Part shown: positions 52,201-64,000 of the stretch, in pieces | How positions within the stretch are numbered: position 1 is the first letter of the stretch | How the letters are laid out: each line of letters starts with the position of its first letter | DNA from: Vairimorpha necatrix | Lineage: Eukaryota | DNA length: 64,000 nucleotides | Reading direction: 5' to 3' | NCBI GenBank assembly: GCA_036630325.1 | Contig: CP142731.1 | Location: 558,001 to 622,000, forward strand | The notes under the pieces: model-generated | Told to the model about the DNA's origin: nothing | What the model saw: the letters and a program-made list of their open reading frames with translations, nothing else | Databases searched by the model: none | Position numbers and translations under genes: made by a program

Positions 52201-53781
52201 GTTTGAACTATATTACAATAAAAGATTTCTATATGTCGCCCAGAAACGACGAAATTTTAGATAGTTGTTCCAAAGCTTCATTCTTTTCAATCCTAGACGC
52301 CACAAGTGGATTTCAACAACTCCCCATGGAGGAAAAAGACAAAGAGAAAACAGCTTTCTCATTTAAAGGTTGCAGATATAAGTACAAAAGAATGCCGTTT
52401 GGGCTGTGCAATGCTCCGTCAACGTTTCAACGTGCGATGGATAATATTTTCAGATGCGAAAATAGAAAATTTATCGTACATATCTAGATGACATAACGAT
52501 TTATTCTAAAACAAAAGACGAGCATGATAAACATCTACAAATAGCATTAAGTAAAATTAGGGCTGCCGCATTATCATTAAACCTAAAAAAATGTAGATTT
52601 TATAAAAATGAAATTAAAATACTCAGAAATATCATATGAATTGGATACATAAAAGTTGATCCAGAACGAATCAGTCAAATAAAGTCCTATCCAATACCTA
52701 ATACTATAAAAGAGCTTAGAGGCTTTCTGAGGACTATTAATTGTTGCAGAGATTTTATAAAAAATATAGCAACCCTCACTGGACCACTATATGATTTTCT
52801 TTAGGGAGAAAAACAAAGCTCAAATAAAAAGATATATCTTAACAGTGAGCAAATAGAAGGTTTTAACAATACAAAAATGGAAATGGGGAAAGTACTATCA
52901 GGACTCGGCCCAATGTTCGGAAGGAATTTATATTCAGTACGGATGCGTCAGATTCAGGAATAGGAGCCTTTCTATTATAGGATAACGGACAAGGTGAAGA
53001 AAAAATGATTGCGGCTTAAAATAAAAGACTAGACAAATGTCAGAAAACTACTCAGTAACAGATAAAGAATTACTTGGATATATAAAAGGAATAGGTCACT
53101 TTAGACATTATCTACTAGGGAAAAATTTACCCTTAGAACAGACCATAAAGCACTCGTCTACCTAATGCAAACAAAAGACCTGTCAAGCCGACAGTTAAGA
53201 TGGTCATTAAAACTTTCCGATTATGATTTTAAAATAGAACATGTAAAAGGAGATCATAATATAGCGGATGGATTCAGCAGATTTTTTATAACAAGAACAA
53301 ATAAACAACTTAAATACACAAGAACTTAGTGTAGAAGATAAGAAACTTGGAACAATTCTTAAAAGATATTCTAAACAACACTTGCTAGAGAAAAGAAATA
53401 AAAATTTTATTAAATAAAAAAAAGACATAATTAAGGGTAAAAGAGATATCAAGAAAAAGCTAGAAGTCGGGAAACCAGTAATGATCTATAGAAGCATGCC
53501 CGGAAAAGACATATTAAGCTCAAAATAGGTTGTTGGGTATAAAATATCGGAAATCTTATCTGAAGATGCTTATCTAGTGAAGCCAATAAATAACAAAGGA
53601 GAATTTAGAGTTAACAAAAGTCACGTAAAAAGAGATACGTCAAAAACTAAGTGAGGGGGTGTCGTAGCCCATCAAGTCCAGCCAATCATCTTTCGACAAA
53701 TGGACGTATTTGATTGGCGCCTTAAACTAATTAAAACCATTTCCAAAAGAGGGATGGAAAATTCGAATAAAGCAATTGACA
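46205..53781 (+). mobile_element. Ty3/Gypsy element (degenerate; integrase core apparently deleted), tRNA-type PBS
   Basis: ~122-bp LTRs 46205-46327 and 53660-53781; TSD TGCTC; PBS TGGCGACAAC; LDTGA, RT/RH remnants 51945-53300. Confidence 0.9.
47581..51939 (+). mobile_element. Ty3/Gypsy element (frameshifted), palindrome-PBS type
   Basis: ~355-bp LTRs 47581-47936 and 51585-51939; TSD AATAT; PPT GGAGAGGGCAGAA; gag-pol fragments 47801-51572. Confidence 0.94.
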
Positions 53782-54603
53782 TGCTCAATCCCTTTATAAA
53801 TAATGTCGCGCGCCCGGCGCGCGACCGGAAGATTTCGTGAAGAAATTCTACATAAACATATTGTATGTTCAATCTAACTTCAGATTGGAGAATTAAAAGT
53901 GTATTATTAACAAGGTTATATACAAAAAGATCTTATTTTTGTAGTAACACTTTACTAACGCCCACTTACATCATGAACATAAACAAAATACAAGATTTTT
54001 TAAATTAAAGGTAGATTTTTGTCAAATTGGGTTAAGCTTTTTTTAATTTTATAAGCGCATTAAGATTATAACAAAGAGCTCTAACGGAGAACTCATTAAG
54101 CTATTTATTTATATGCATATACATAAAAAAAATTATAAATTTAAGGGTACATTGTATTCCATTATTTCTTTTCATAATGCTTAATTAGCTCTATTTTTAT
54201 GGTTTGATTTTTATAGATCAGCTTAGAAGATTCTTAGAATTTAATTAAACTTCAATTTATAAGAATTTTTATAAACAATAAAAATAAATTAAAAGGGACA
54301 TTTATATAGAAACTAGAGTAATTTTTTATTACATTAAAAACTCTTAACTCAAGTATTGATTATCTTGGAAAAATAAAATAAAAATAAAAATATGATGCTG
54401 TGCTCAAATATAAAGTTTTAGAAAAAATACCTAAATTTGAGTTCACAAAAATTCATTTTAGTTAATTAGGTACACATAGCTGTGTAAAGATTACATTTTA
54501 GACGCCCGTTCAATAAATAGTCTACGAAGGTCATTTGAATATTATATTTCTAGTACGTTGGTATTTGCATTTTTACACTTTATTCTTTAAAATATCGCAC
54601 ATC

Positions 54604-54606
<3 letters not shown>

Positions 54607-54638
<32 letters not shown>
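54607..54638. repeat. (AT)n microsatellite
   Basis: About 16 AT units. Confidence 0.9.
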
Positions 54639-54643
<5 letters not shown>

Positions 54644-56109
54644 AATAATTATATTAAAAAACGGGCTTAGTGACATCATTTAAACAGATAACTTTCTTAA
54701 TTCAAAAACATACAATTTTCATGAATAAAACATTAAATGCAGTTTTCAATATATAAATTATATAAAAAGATCGTAAACAACTAAAATTTATAAAAACAAA
54801 TAGTAAAATTTATCTAAAGGCTCATTTATTTAATTTTTTAACCAGATTCATTGATATAATTTCCTCCTTACCTTCGTATTTTAACCTTAATCGGATATTC
54901 GATAAAATTTCTATTACTTCCCGTGGTTCACTATAAAAAGAACTCAATTTTAGTTTTTTTGTTTTCGTATTAGTGTCGAAATCTTTTTTTACAACCACTA
55001 AATCTCCAATAGAAAAATCATTGATGAAATTATGAACACATTTTCTGTCCATTCGAGCCAAATATTTTTCATTACTCACTGCATCACTTCCTGGAATCGT
55101 ATTTACAGTTGTTTCATCCTCATCAGTGCAATCATCATCATTCTCCCTTAGACATGTATTGTATCCAAGGCTTCCGTACCATAACTTATAGGGAGACTTC
55201 TTTGTAGCAGAATGTACAGCGGTATTATAGTCATAAACAACTTTATTAATGACCGCTAGCCAGTTCTTATTGTTAAAACCTTTTTTCGCAAAGATGTTTT
55301 TGCAGGTAGCGAGTAAGGGTTTGATTAAACCTCTCGACTTGTCCTTGACTCTGGGGATGACGAGGTCTGCCATGAATAAGCTTTATTTTATTTTGTTTAC
55401 GAAATTCAACTAATGTTTCATTTTTAAACTCTTTGCCGTTGTCGCATTGAAGTATAGCAGTAAAGCCTAACGTTTGAAATTTGTATTCTAACCGTGATAC
55501 GACTTCAGCGGCGGTTTTAGTTTTCAAAGCAGAGATAAAAGCATATTTAGAAAATACATCTATTGCTGTGAGTATTAAACTAAAACCATCATTTTCATCA
55601 CTATAAGTCCTCATATCAACAAGATCAATAATAAATCTTTCGCCGGGTCTTTTAGCGACGATGTGCTTGAACTTTTCTTTTGTTTTAAGAGGTTGTGCTG
55701 TCATGCATAAATTGCATTCACTGCAAACATCCCTTACAATACACCTAGGTATACTGAAGTATTGTTCCTCACACTTATCATAGAGACGGTTCGCGCCATA
55801 ATGATGCTGCCGATGAAGTCCTTGGACCTCTATTTTCATAGCTTGGACCATAGTCTTACAAGTACTCTTTTGTGCCAGCCCCCCACATCCTTCAAGAAAA
55901 GAATGTTATCCACAAGAATAAAACTTTTGGATTTCTTCTTTAGACTATATTTTAAATTTTTGTCACATTCTAGGCTAACCACGTTCCCTTTGAGTATTTG
56001 GACAAGCCGATCATACTCAACTTGGTCTTTTACTTCTTTCATAGAGAGTAAAAAAAAATTTTTTTTAAAATGATGAATCTTTACTATAATTTTTTGCAAA
56101 ATATTTTAT

Positions 56110-56185
56110 TCAACCAGCTTGGCACAGTGGTTGTTATGGTCATCCGTCACTTTGAAGGTCGTATGTTCGAATCCCAACATGTTGA
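56110..56185 (+). promoter_or_regulatory. tRNA-like sequence with Pol III A and B boxes (not a credible tRNA gene)
   Basis: A box TGGCACAGTGG 56120-56130, B box GTTCGAATCC 56165-56174, TCAAC/GTTGA ends; other stems poor. Confidence 0.55.
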
Positions 56186-57091
56186 AAATTTATTTAGGGG
56201 TCATAAAAAAGATAGTTGAATAATCATAAACAGTTAACATACAGAAATACATAGCTTGTATAATTACAAATTTCAAATGTTAAAAATTCTGTTAGGTTTA
56301 AAAAATTAGGAAAAAATCTGGTCGCGCACTGGGCGCGGTCGCTCGTTGGGCGCGCGACAAATAATTCTTCGTTTTTATTTGGGTCTCCTTCTTAGTGAGA
56401 CTATTGTAATAGCTATATGCTAAAAGTCTTTCTCTTATAATCTCTTCATACTGTTTAATTGTATTATAATTGGCTTGATTAATAGCATCTAAATCCCTGA
56501 TGCTTTGTCTCTTTCGCTCGGGCGGATAAATTGTTATCTAATACCCTTTTTCTAAGAACTAAATACGAGTTACAGGTATAGCTTCTTTTCTTTCATCGTA
56601 AATACATGATAAGTATATTATGGCCATTTGTTCATCTGTTCATTTGTTTGATATTCCTAATTCTTCAAACTTATCAAGTTGTTTAATTGTGAGCTGAGTT
56701 TTGATATCGTATATTTTTAATATTTTTTCTTTACACTTTATAGTGTTATCTATTATGTTCTTTTCGAATTCAATATACCCATCTTCTTTAATGTTTCCTG
56801 GGTTACTGTTAACGTTTAACCTCGTTGAATTCAACTTGACGTTATCATTGGGGACTTTACCCAGTTTAAACTACATTTCTAAATAATTGTTTATTAAAGG
56901 CTCTTTTGGCCTGTATTGGTCTTTGTTTGTTTGCACCTGTCATTTCTTTGCTGATGACTTTTCTTTCTGTAGCACATGCCCTTCTTTTGAAAAATAAATA
57001 TTTATAAAAAATAAAATTCTAAAAAATTCATTTTTTTAGAAAAAGTTTTTATCAAAAAAAATGATTTTCTTGACATGTGAATAATACCACA

Positions 57092-57259
57092 GGTACCCTT
57101 AATATCTTTTTTTAAGAAATATATAATCCCTCTTTTTTATATATTAGTTTTCTAAAATTTCAGATGTTCATTTTAGGGGTATAATTTTATTCCTTTTTTA
57201 TTTTTTCACCTTTTTTTTATTTTTTTAGGGTGGGGTGGTGGTAACATCGCAACTTGACC
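57092..57259 (-). mobile_element. Merlin-like terminal remnant
   Basis: Layout resembles 30720-30886; ends GGTAACATCGCAACTTGACC. Confidence 0.55.
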
Positions 57260-57365
57260 GAATAAAGTATCTTTGTTAAAGTCCTATTATTATAGGAAAT
57301 TATTTTTCTATAACAAAAGTGATTTTTGTAAAATCTCTAAATAAAAAAAATAGATAATTAATTGG
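57260..57365 (+). pseudogene. LINE ORF2 start fragment
   Basis: Matches 2863-2968. Confidence 0.75.
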
Positions 57366-57739
57366 AGCTTTTTCACTTTATGTCCCCTACATATATAAAT
57401 AGAAATTTTTAAAAAATATCCCTTTTTTAGAAAATCAAAATGGAAAAAAAAGGAGGAGAAAAAAAAAATTAAAAAAAGTACTTAAAAAAAATCTAATATA
57501 CAAAAATAAATATATGAATCATGTCAATTTTAAAATACAAATATAAATTTAACTCTATATGTCATCATACGGTCCAAATTTTTTTCTTAATATTTTAATT
57601 ATCATAAATAATAATAAGTAATGAAACCATACAATAAATTCATTTATTTGAACTTATTACAACTATATATAAATTAAAATGACGATGTAGTTTTCTTTGT
57701 AGCAAATTTAAAAAAATTTAATTGTAGTGCCCCATTTTT

Positions 57740-58505
57740 ATGCTCACTAACGAAGAAATAAATAAAACATACGAAGAAATTATTTATAAACTTCTTCAAG
57801 TAAAATGTTTCAAATGCAAGAAAGAAGTTAGGAAGAGACAGCAAAGGAGTTACAATGTCAGATGCATTGGTAAAAAGTGCAAAAAAAAGAGGAACCTTTT
57901 TGCAAAAACCCATTTGGATCATATACTTATGTTAAAGATCCTGAACCTCTGGCTCACAAAAATCCCACCTCTACTAATCGCCAAGTTGTTATATATTCCC
58001 CCATGTGTTGTATCGAGGTGCCTTCAACAGTTTTGTTTGGACGAGGCTTACCATAAATACATGGAAAGTGCAAGAGAGACACTGGGCGGTAAGGATACAA
58101 TCGTAGAAGTGGACGAAAGCAAATTTGGAAAACGTAAATACAACTTTGGACACAAAGTAGACGGCGTGGGTGGGGGTTTGGGATGGTCGAACGGACTAAA
58201 GAAAGAAAAATTTTATTAATTCCGGTACCTAATAGAACTAAAAATATCCTATTAAATCTTATTGCCACATATATTAATAATCAATCCACTGTTTATTCTG
58301 ATATGTGGAAAGGATATTCAAAAATGAACCAGATAATGGCAAGCCACATAACTGTTAACCATAGCAAATGGTTTAAAGATCCCATTACAGGTATGCACAC
58401 TAACACAATAGAAGGGAATTGGTCAGCTATAAAACGCCAAACGCCGATAAGATGTAGAACAACTTGTTTAATATATCCCTATTTGTTAAGATTTATGTTG
58501 CTTAG
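57740..58505 (+). pseudogene. Merlin (ISXO2-like) transposase, frameshifted and cut by an LTR
   Basis: VEVDESKFGKRKYN, SDMWKGY, HTNTIEGNW. Confidence 0.9.
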
Positions 58506-61500
58506 TGTCAAACATATCCAAGTTAAGGGGTATTTAATAATAAAAATATAAAGTAAACAATGACATGAAAATGTCACAACATCCCCCCCTCTATAAGAAA
58601 TAATCGTCTTCGTCGATTTTTCTAAGCTGCGTAGCGTGTCTTTTACTTATTTCCCATTACTATTGATTTCATATGTATCGTTAGTCAAAATACCTATAAC
58701 TTCTCTGTTTCTACAAACTTTGGTTGTCCTTTGTATTTGTGTATATGGTCTTGTATAATGACTAAATCCCTAGGTTCTAACTTTTTATATTCAGGTTTCT
58801 TGAATAAACTCTCGTATCTATTTATTCGGTTTTCAAAATGTTTTCTTTTTACTTCTGAGAGGTTTTCTAGATCTAATGCTTCTATTGGGGACATCCCCGT
58901 TGCTCTAGACTTATACAATTATAAGCCCCAATCATCTTATCGACTCTTTTAGACAGTCTGATGTTCTTATCCTGCTTATTAATTCCTTCGCCCACAGTTC
59001 TATTAAATCTCTCTATTTTACCGTTTGAACAATGATGGTAGAACGAGATAATCCGTTGTCTTATTTTCTTCTCCAATAACAAACTTTGTATCTTTTCACT
59101 TATATTTTCTTTTGCGCCGTCTGATATCAGTGTGTGTATATTCATCTTTTTGTGTACAATTTCCAGAAACATCAATATGTTATCACTTTTTTTGTTTTGA
59201 ATACTTTTGCAAATGCGAATCTTGAGAAATAGTCTATAGCTGTTGTTGTATTATTTAAAAATTTATATATTCGCCCCTTAATTTTATCATGAATAAAGAA
59301 CTTAAAAATAAAATGGTGGAGAATAACAAATTTGTGCCCATGACAAGGGAAATAACGGTGGGAAATGCCGCTCTAGAGCTAAAAAGACTGGAAAATTTGT
59401 CTTTTTTTTGAAAGCATGAGCGAAGAGGAAAAGATAGAATTCATTATTAGCAGAGCATGCCATGAAATCATTGAATGGTTTTGCAGTGTAACGTCAAGGA
59501 AAACTGCAATGAACTGGATTCGTTTTAAAGAAGAGTTGGAGAGTTTTTGCAGCCCAAGTAAGTTGGAGATAGGCGACGTGTTTCGTTTAAAGCAGGAACA
59601 TAATCAAACAATTTGTGATTACATAAAATTGGTGGAGGAATCAGCAAAGTCCCACAAATTAAAAAATGAAGAAAAGATAAAAATAATTTTTGCTGGACTG
59701 AAAGAGGATGTTCCAGATGTGAAAAGACTTATGATTAGGAGTAAAGTTTTAGATGAGAATTTAATTAATGATATTTATTTGTTAGAAGAGATTAACCAGG
59801 CTGAAAAAATAAAAAAGGAAGAGAAGAAAAAGGAAAAAAAAGGAACAAGAAAAAAGAGAAACTTAAATCTAAAAAAGAAAGAATCAATAAATTGGAAGGT
59901 ATATTGTCGCAGCTACAAAGTTTAAAGGTTCAGGAACCAAAACAGTTCTCTTGTTACAACTGTGGAAGGTCAGGCCATACTTCTAAATTCTGTAGGGCCC
60001 CGCGAGACAATAACGGATCATACAAAAGAATCAATGAAGTAGTAGGAGACGCCGAGAACAAAGTACAGGACTTAATTAATAAAAATAATTCAGTTTATAT
60101 CAATGGAATATTATTTGAGGCTACACTGGACACCAGGTCCCATTATAATTTCATATCAGATGCTGTTAGGAAAGTATCGAAAGTTAAAACAAAGAGTAAC
60201 CATCAAAAAATGACCTTTTATACTTGTTTAGATGAGCCTTTTTGTATTAAAGAACATGTTTTTCTGGAAATTGAATACAAAGGAAAAAGATTAAGACAGA
60301 AATTCTATATTTTACCAAAAGTCAGAGCAGAGAAGATTCTTGTTGGAAGGGAAACAATCAAAATGTTAATGGAAGGTGAGAAAACAGTGAATCAGGCAGA
60401 AATTAAAACAGCCGAAGGTGCTAAAGTCGTTGAGAGAGTTTTTGATTTGCCCATGAAAATTGAATCAGGAATTGATGAGGCGGTAACTGAGTTGCTACAG
60501 AAAGGCTACATTTCAGAATCTAAGTCCACGTGGTTAAACAATATAAGACCTGTAATTAAACCGAATGGAAGCATCAGAGTCACAACCAACCTCGTAGCAG
60601 TAAATAAATTAGTAGAACAAGGCCGATACTCCTTACCTAATATAAATACTATCTTAGTTAATTTAATAGATATGAAATATTTCAGTAAGATTGATTTAAA
60701 GGATGGTTTCTTTCAATCCCGTTGGCCAAAGAAGACCGACATAAAACAGCTTTTAGGGTCCGACATAGATTGTACGAGTGGAATGTGATGCCTATGGGCT
60801 TTAGAAATGCCCCAGCGATTTTTCAAAGGCATATGGATAGAGTTTTGACTGAAGAAATAGGTAAATCATGTTTTGTTTACATAGATGACATATTAATTTT
60901 TAGTAAAAGCGAAGAAGAGCATGAGGCTGTATTTAGAAATATTGTTGACATTTTGAACAGGAATAATTTGGAGATAAATACTGAAAAAACAATTTATAAA
61001 CAAGAAAAAGTAGAATTTTTGGGCCATATAATCACTCATAATAAGGTATATCCAAAGAACTCAGTTACACAAGGGATTGATGATATGAAGATGCCCCAAG
61101 ATCGAAAACAATTACAAGAATTTTTGGGGTTCATTAATTATTATAGGAAATTTGTTAAAGGATGTGCAATTCTTGGAGCACCTTTGTATGATTTATTACA
61201 GGAAAAGAAAAAATATATATGGGATGAGGCAGCAATGAATGCATTTGAAGCATTAAAGGAGGAACTTAAGAAGAAAATTGAATTAAACCAGACGGATTTT
61301 AATAAGCCTTTCCAATTAGAAACAGACGCTTCAAATCATGGTATAAGAGCGATTTTATCTCAAACGAATGAAAAGGAAAGATACCCAATAGAATTTGCTT
61401 CTAGAAGATTAAAAGAACACGAGAAAAAGTACAGTATTTCAGAAAAAGAATTTCTAGCAATCCTATGGGGACTTGAACATTTTAAATATTTTGTGTATGG

Positions 61501-64000
61501 GACACCGGTAGATGTTATTACAGATCATAAAGCTTTAGAGGTTATTAATAAAGGAGACATAGCATGTCCTAGAATTCAGCGATGGTTAGATAGATTGAGT
61601 ATGTTTGACTTTAATATTAAATATAGAAAAGGAAATGAGATGGTTCAAGTAGATTGTCTTAGTAGAAACACTACGAATACAGAGTTGGAGAAACCGGAGA
61701 ATAATGTCTCAATGAAAATAAATTACATAGAATGTGACGAAAGTGAAAAAGGAAGATTTATAAGAAAAGTTCATGAAGAGTGTTTACACAGAGGTGAAAA
61801 GACAATAAAACATAAATGCTTTCACAAGGTACTTGGTTTAATAATATGGACAGAATAATAAAAGAGGAAATTTCAAAATGTATAATATGCAAACAATACA
61901 ATCCAAAAAGAAATAAACAATTTGTATTTGTGACAGCTCAAGAAGTAGGAGAAAAGGTGGCCGTGGATATAATAGGACCAATAGAAAATTGTTACATAAT
62001 ATCTGGGATTGATTATTTTTCGAGAAAGGGATTTGCAAAGATAATCAAGTCAAGACAAGATAGGAATGTCCTTAAGTTTGTGAAGGAACTTTATAAAGAA
62101 TTAAAAATTCAGATGTTAATTTTAGATCAATCTAAGTAAAATTTGAGTAAGAAAATCCAAGATTTTGCAAGAGAAGAAAATTTTGAACTGCATTACACCT
62201 CTCCGTTCCATCATCAATCATATGGACGGGTTGAGAGATTCAACAGAACTCTACAAGACCTAATATATAAGAATAAACAGGATAAACTTCTTACAAATAA
62301 GCTAGCAAGAGCAATAAAAAAATATAATGAGTCATATCACACTGGCATAGAGATGACGCCTGAAGAGGCCTTAAAAGAAGAAAATCATCAACGTTTAAGG
62401 GAAATACAATTTAAGAAAAGAATTAAGTTCAGTAAAGAAAACTACAACAAAGAGAGGGAGGAAATATTAAAAAAGGATGATATAGTTTTAATTAAGGAGG
62501 AAGTAGGTCGGACTAAGGGACAACCCAGATTCAAAGCCAGAGGAATAATTCTTAACAAGGTTGGAGAGAATTCATATAACATTAAAGTAAAAAATAAAAT
62601 AATCAAAAGGCATGCGTCACAACTTAAAGTAATTGTAGACGAGCTTTCCTCTTGACCGGTGGGATGTTGTATTATTTAAAAATTTATATATTCACCCCTT
62701 AATTTTATCATGAATAAAGAACTTAAAAATAAAAGCTGCAATTAAATATCTATCTTCTATCGGTCCTATGATGTCAAAAGCGACTTTTCTCCTGGCCCAA
62801 ATGCTTCTACATGCCTGAATCCCTTAATTCTAACCGGATATTACTCCTTACATTTATAACATCTTTTTAAAACATCTTCTACTCTCTTTAGTGTTATACT
62901 TTTCATGCTTTGTTCCTTCTTTAGTTGTTCATATGTAGCTTTTGCGCCTCTATGAACTAAATTTTCGTGTATCTTCATGATCAAGTCATCAACTTCTTGT
63001 TCTTCAATCACATTTATTGTCCCATAGTGTCTCGAGAGAGCATCCACATGCTCCAAATCTGTGGGTGTTTTGTATCGTATATTGAAATCGTACATCTGTA
63101 ATCGTTCTATCCATCTCATTATCCTAGGAGAATTTATCTCTCCTTTGCAGTTTAAGGCTTCCAGTGCCTTGTGATCCGTGTATATTGTAAATTTCCTTCC
63201 GAGGAGGAAATATTTAAAGTGTTCCATTGCCCAAAGTGTAGCTAACATTTCGTTTTCTGTAATCGTATAATTCCCTTCGGCCTGTCGTAACTGCCTCGAG
63301 GCAAACGCAATTGGTCGTTCTTGCCCGTCTATTTCCTGGCTAAGTACGGCACCTAATCCTGTGTTCGATGCGTCTGTTGTTAAAACAAAGTCTCGTGTAA
63401 AGTCAGGTTGATACAGGCATAAATCCGATATTAATGCATTTTTCAACGTTTGAAATGCTGTTTCTTGTTCCTTTTCCCAAATGAAAGATTGTTTCTTTTT
63501 TAATTGTATTACGAGTGGGTAGCACATCTCTGCACAATCCTTTATGAACTTTCTGTAATAATTCACAATGCCTAAAAATTTTCGCACCTCCTCTACATTC
63601 CTCAGGAATGTATATTTTTTTATTCCTTCAGTATTATCTGTCAACGGAGTTATCTTATTATATGTTATGTTGTGGCCTAAAAAGTTTATCTCTTCTTTTA
63701 ATATTTCAATTTTTTCCATGTTTGCTGAGAATCCTGCGTTGTTAAGTAATCTACATACTCTTCCCACTGCCTTTTCATGCTCTTCAATTGTTTCAGTATA
63801 TATTAGAATATCATCCACATACGCAAAACAACATCTCCCAATTTCCTGTTTAAGAACTTTATCAACTATTCTTTGAAATATTGCTGGTGAGTTCTTAAAC
63901 CCCATAGGCATCCTGATGTATTCGTATGTTCTGTTTTTATCCTAAAAGCTGTTTTCATCATGTCTTCCTTTTTCAGCTTTACCTGAAAAAATGCTTCCTT
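58506..64000 (-). mobile_element. Ty3/Gypsy element, 3' part, with putative 76-bp 3' LTR
   Basis: TG..CA segment 58506-58581 preceded on minus strand by PPT AGAGGGGGGGA; RT/RH 62841-63911; integrase split by nested element. Confidence 0.85.
59244..62734 (+). mobile_element. Ty3/Gypsy element with 70-bp LTRs and tRNA-Ala-type PBS
   Basis: Repeats 59244-59313 and 62665-62734 (1 difference); TSD GCTGT/GCTGC; PBS TGGTGGAGAAT; fragmented gag-pol 59313-62655. Confidence 0.92.

Larger units (their letters stand above)
53804..56359 (-). mobile_element. Ginger2/TDD-like integrase DNA transposon (frameshifted)
   Basis: TIR TGTCGCGCGCCC; TSD AATAA; IDLVD, CDNGKEF, HPQSQGQVERFN in 54822-56042. Confidence 0.92.
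38818..57091 (-). mobile_element. Ty3/Gypsy element (degenerate, possibly recombinant), palindrome-PBS type, with nested insertions
   Basis: LTRs 56837-57091 (5') and 38818-39074 (3'); PPT GGAGAGGCAGAC; gag-pol pieces 39086-40916, 44939-46204, 56360-56836; no TSD. Confidence 0.85.

Noticed and set aside
56110-56185. Functional tRNA gene
   Set aside because: D, anticodon and T stems do not pair properly; kept only as tRNA-like boxes.
107-63876. Many short antisense ORFs in the track
   Set aside because: Hydrophobic shadows of A-rich TE coding strands with no motifs.

Overview
AT-rich eukaryotic DNA that is essentially all nested transposable elements; I found no host gene. Short CCC/GGG motifs just upstream of many ATGs, plus the TE repertoire, suggest a microsporidian (inference). 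Bases 1-28070 are a head-to-tail, same-strand array of one APE-RT LINE family whose 3' UTR holds a covarying ~210-nt structured RNA and a T-rich tail; Gypsy, Tc1, hAT and Ginger-like elements are nested in it. Bases 29423-64000 are stacked Ty3/Gypsy elements with Merlin, MULE and Ginger-like insertions. Main candidate novelty: four related Gypsy elements have no tRNA primer-binding site and instead carry a perfect 12-14 bp palindrome (TTGA-NN-TCAA, self-complementary centre GC, TA or AT) next to the 5' LTR. They also share a terminal U3 hairpin, and three show LTR pairs near-identical in U3 but divergent in the gag-coding R/U5 half, pointing to tRNA-independent, possibly intermolecular priming. 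Also notable: 52-76 bp LTRs, a SINE-like head+tail unit, a ~1.3 kb hairpin-rich non-coding region, and tRNA-like A/B boxes in two Ginger elements. Alignments and counts were done by eye and are approximate; homopolymer frameshifts may be sequencing errors.
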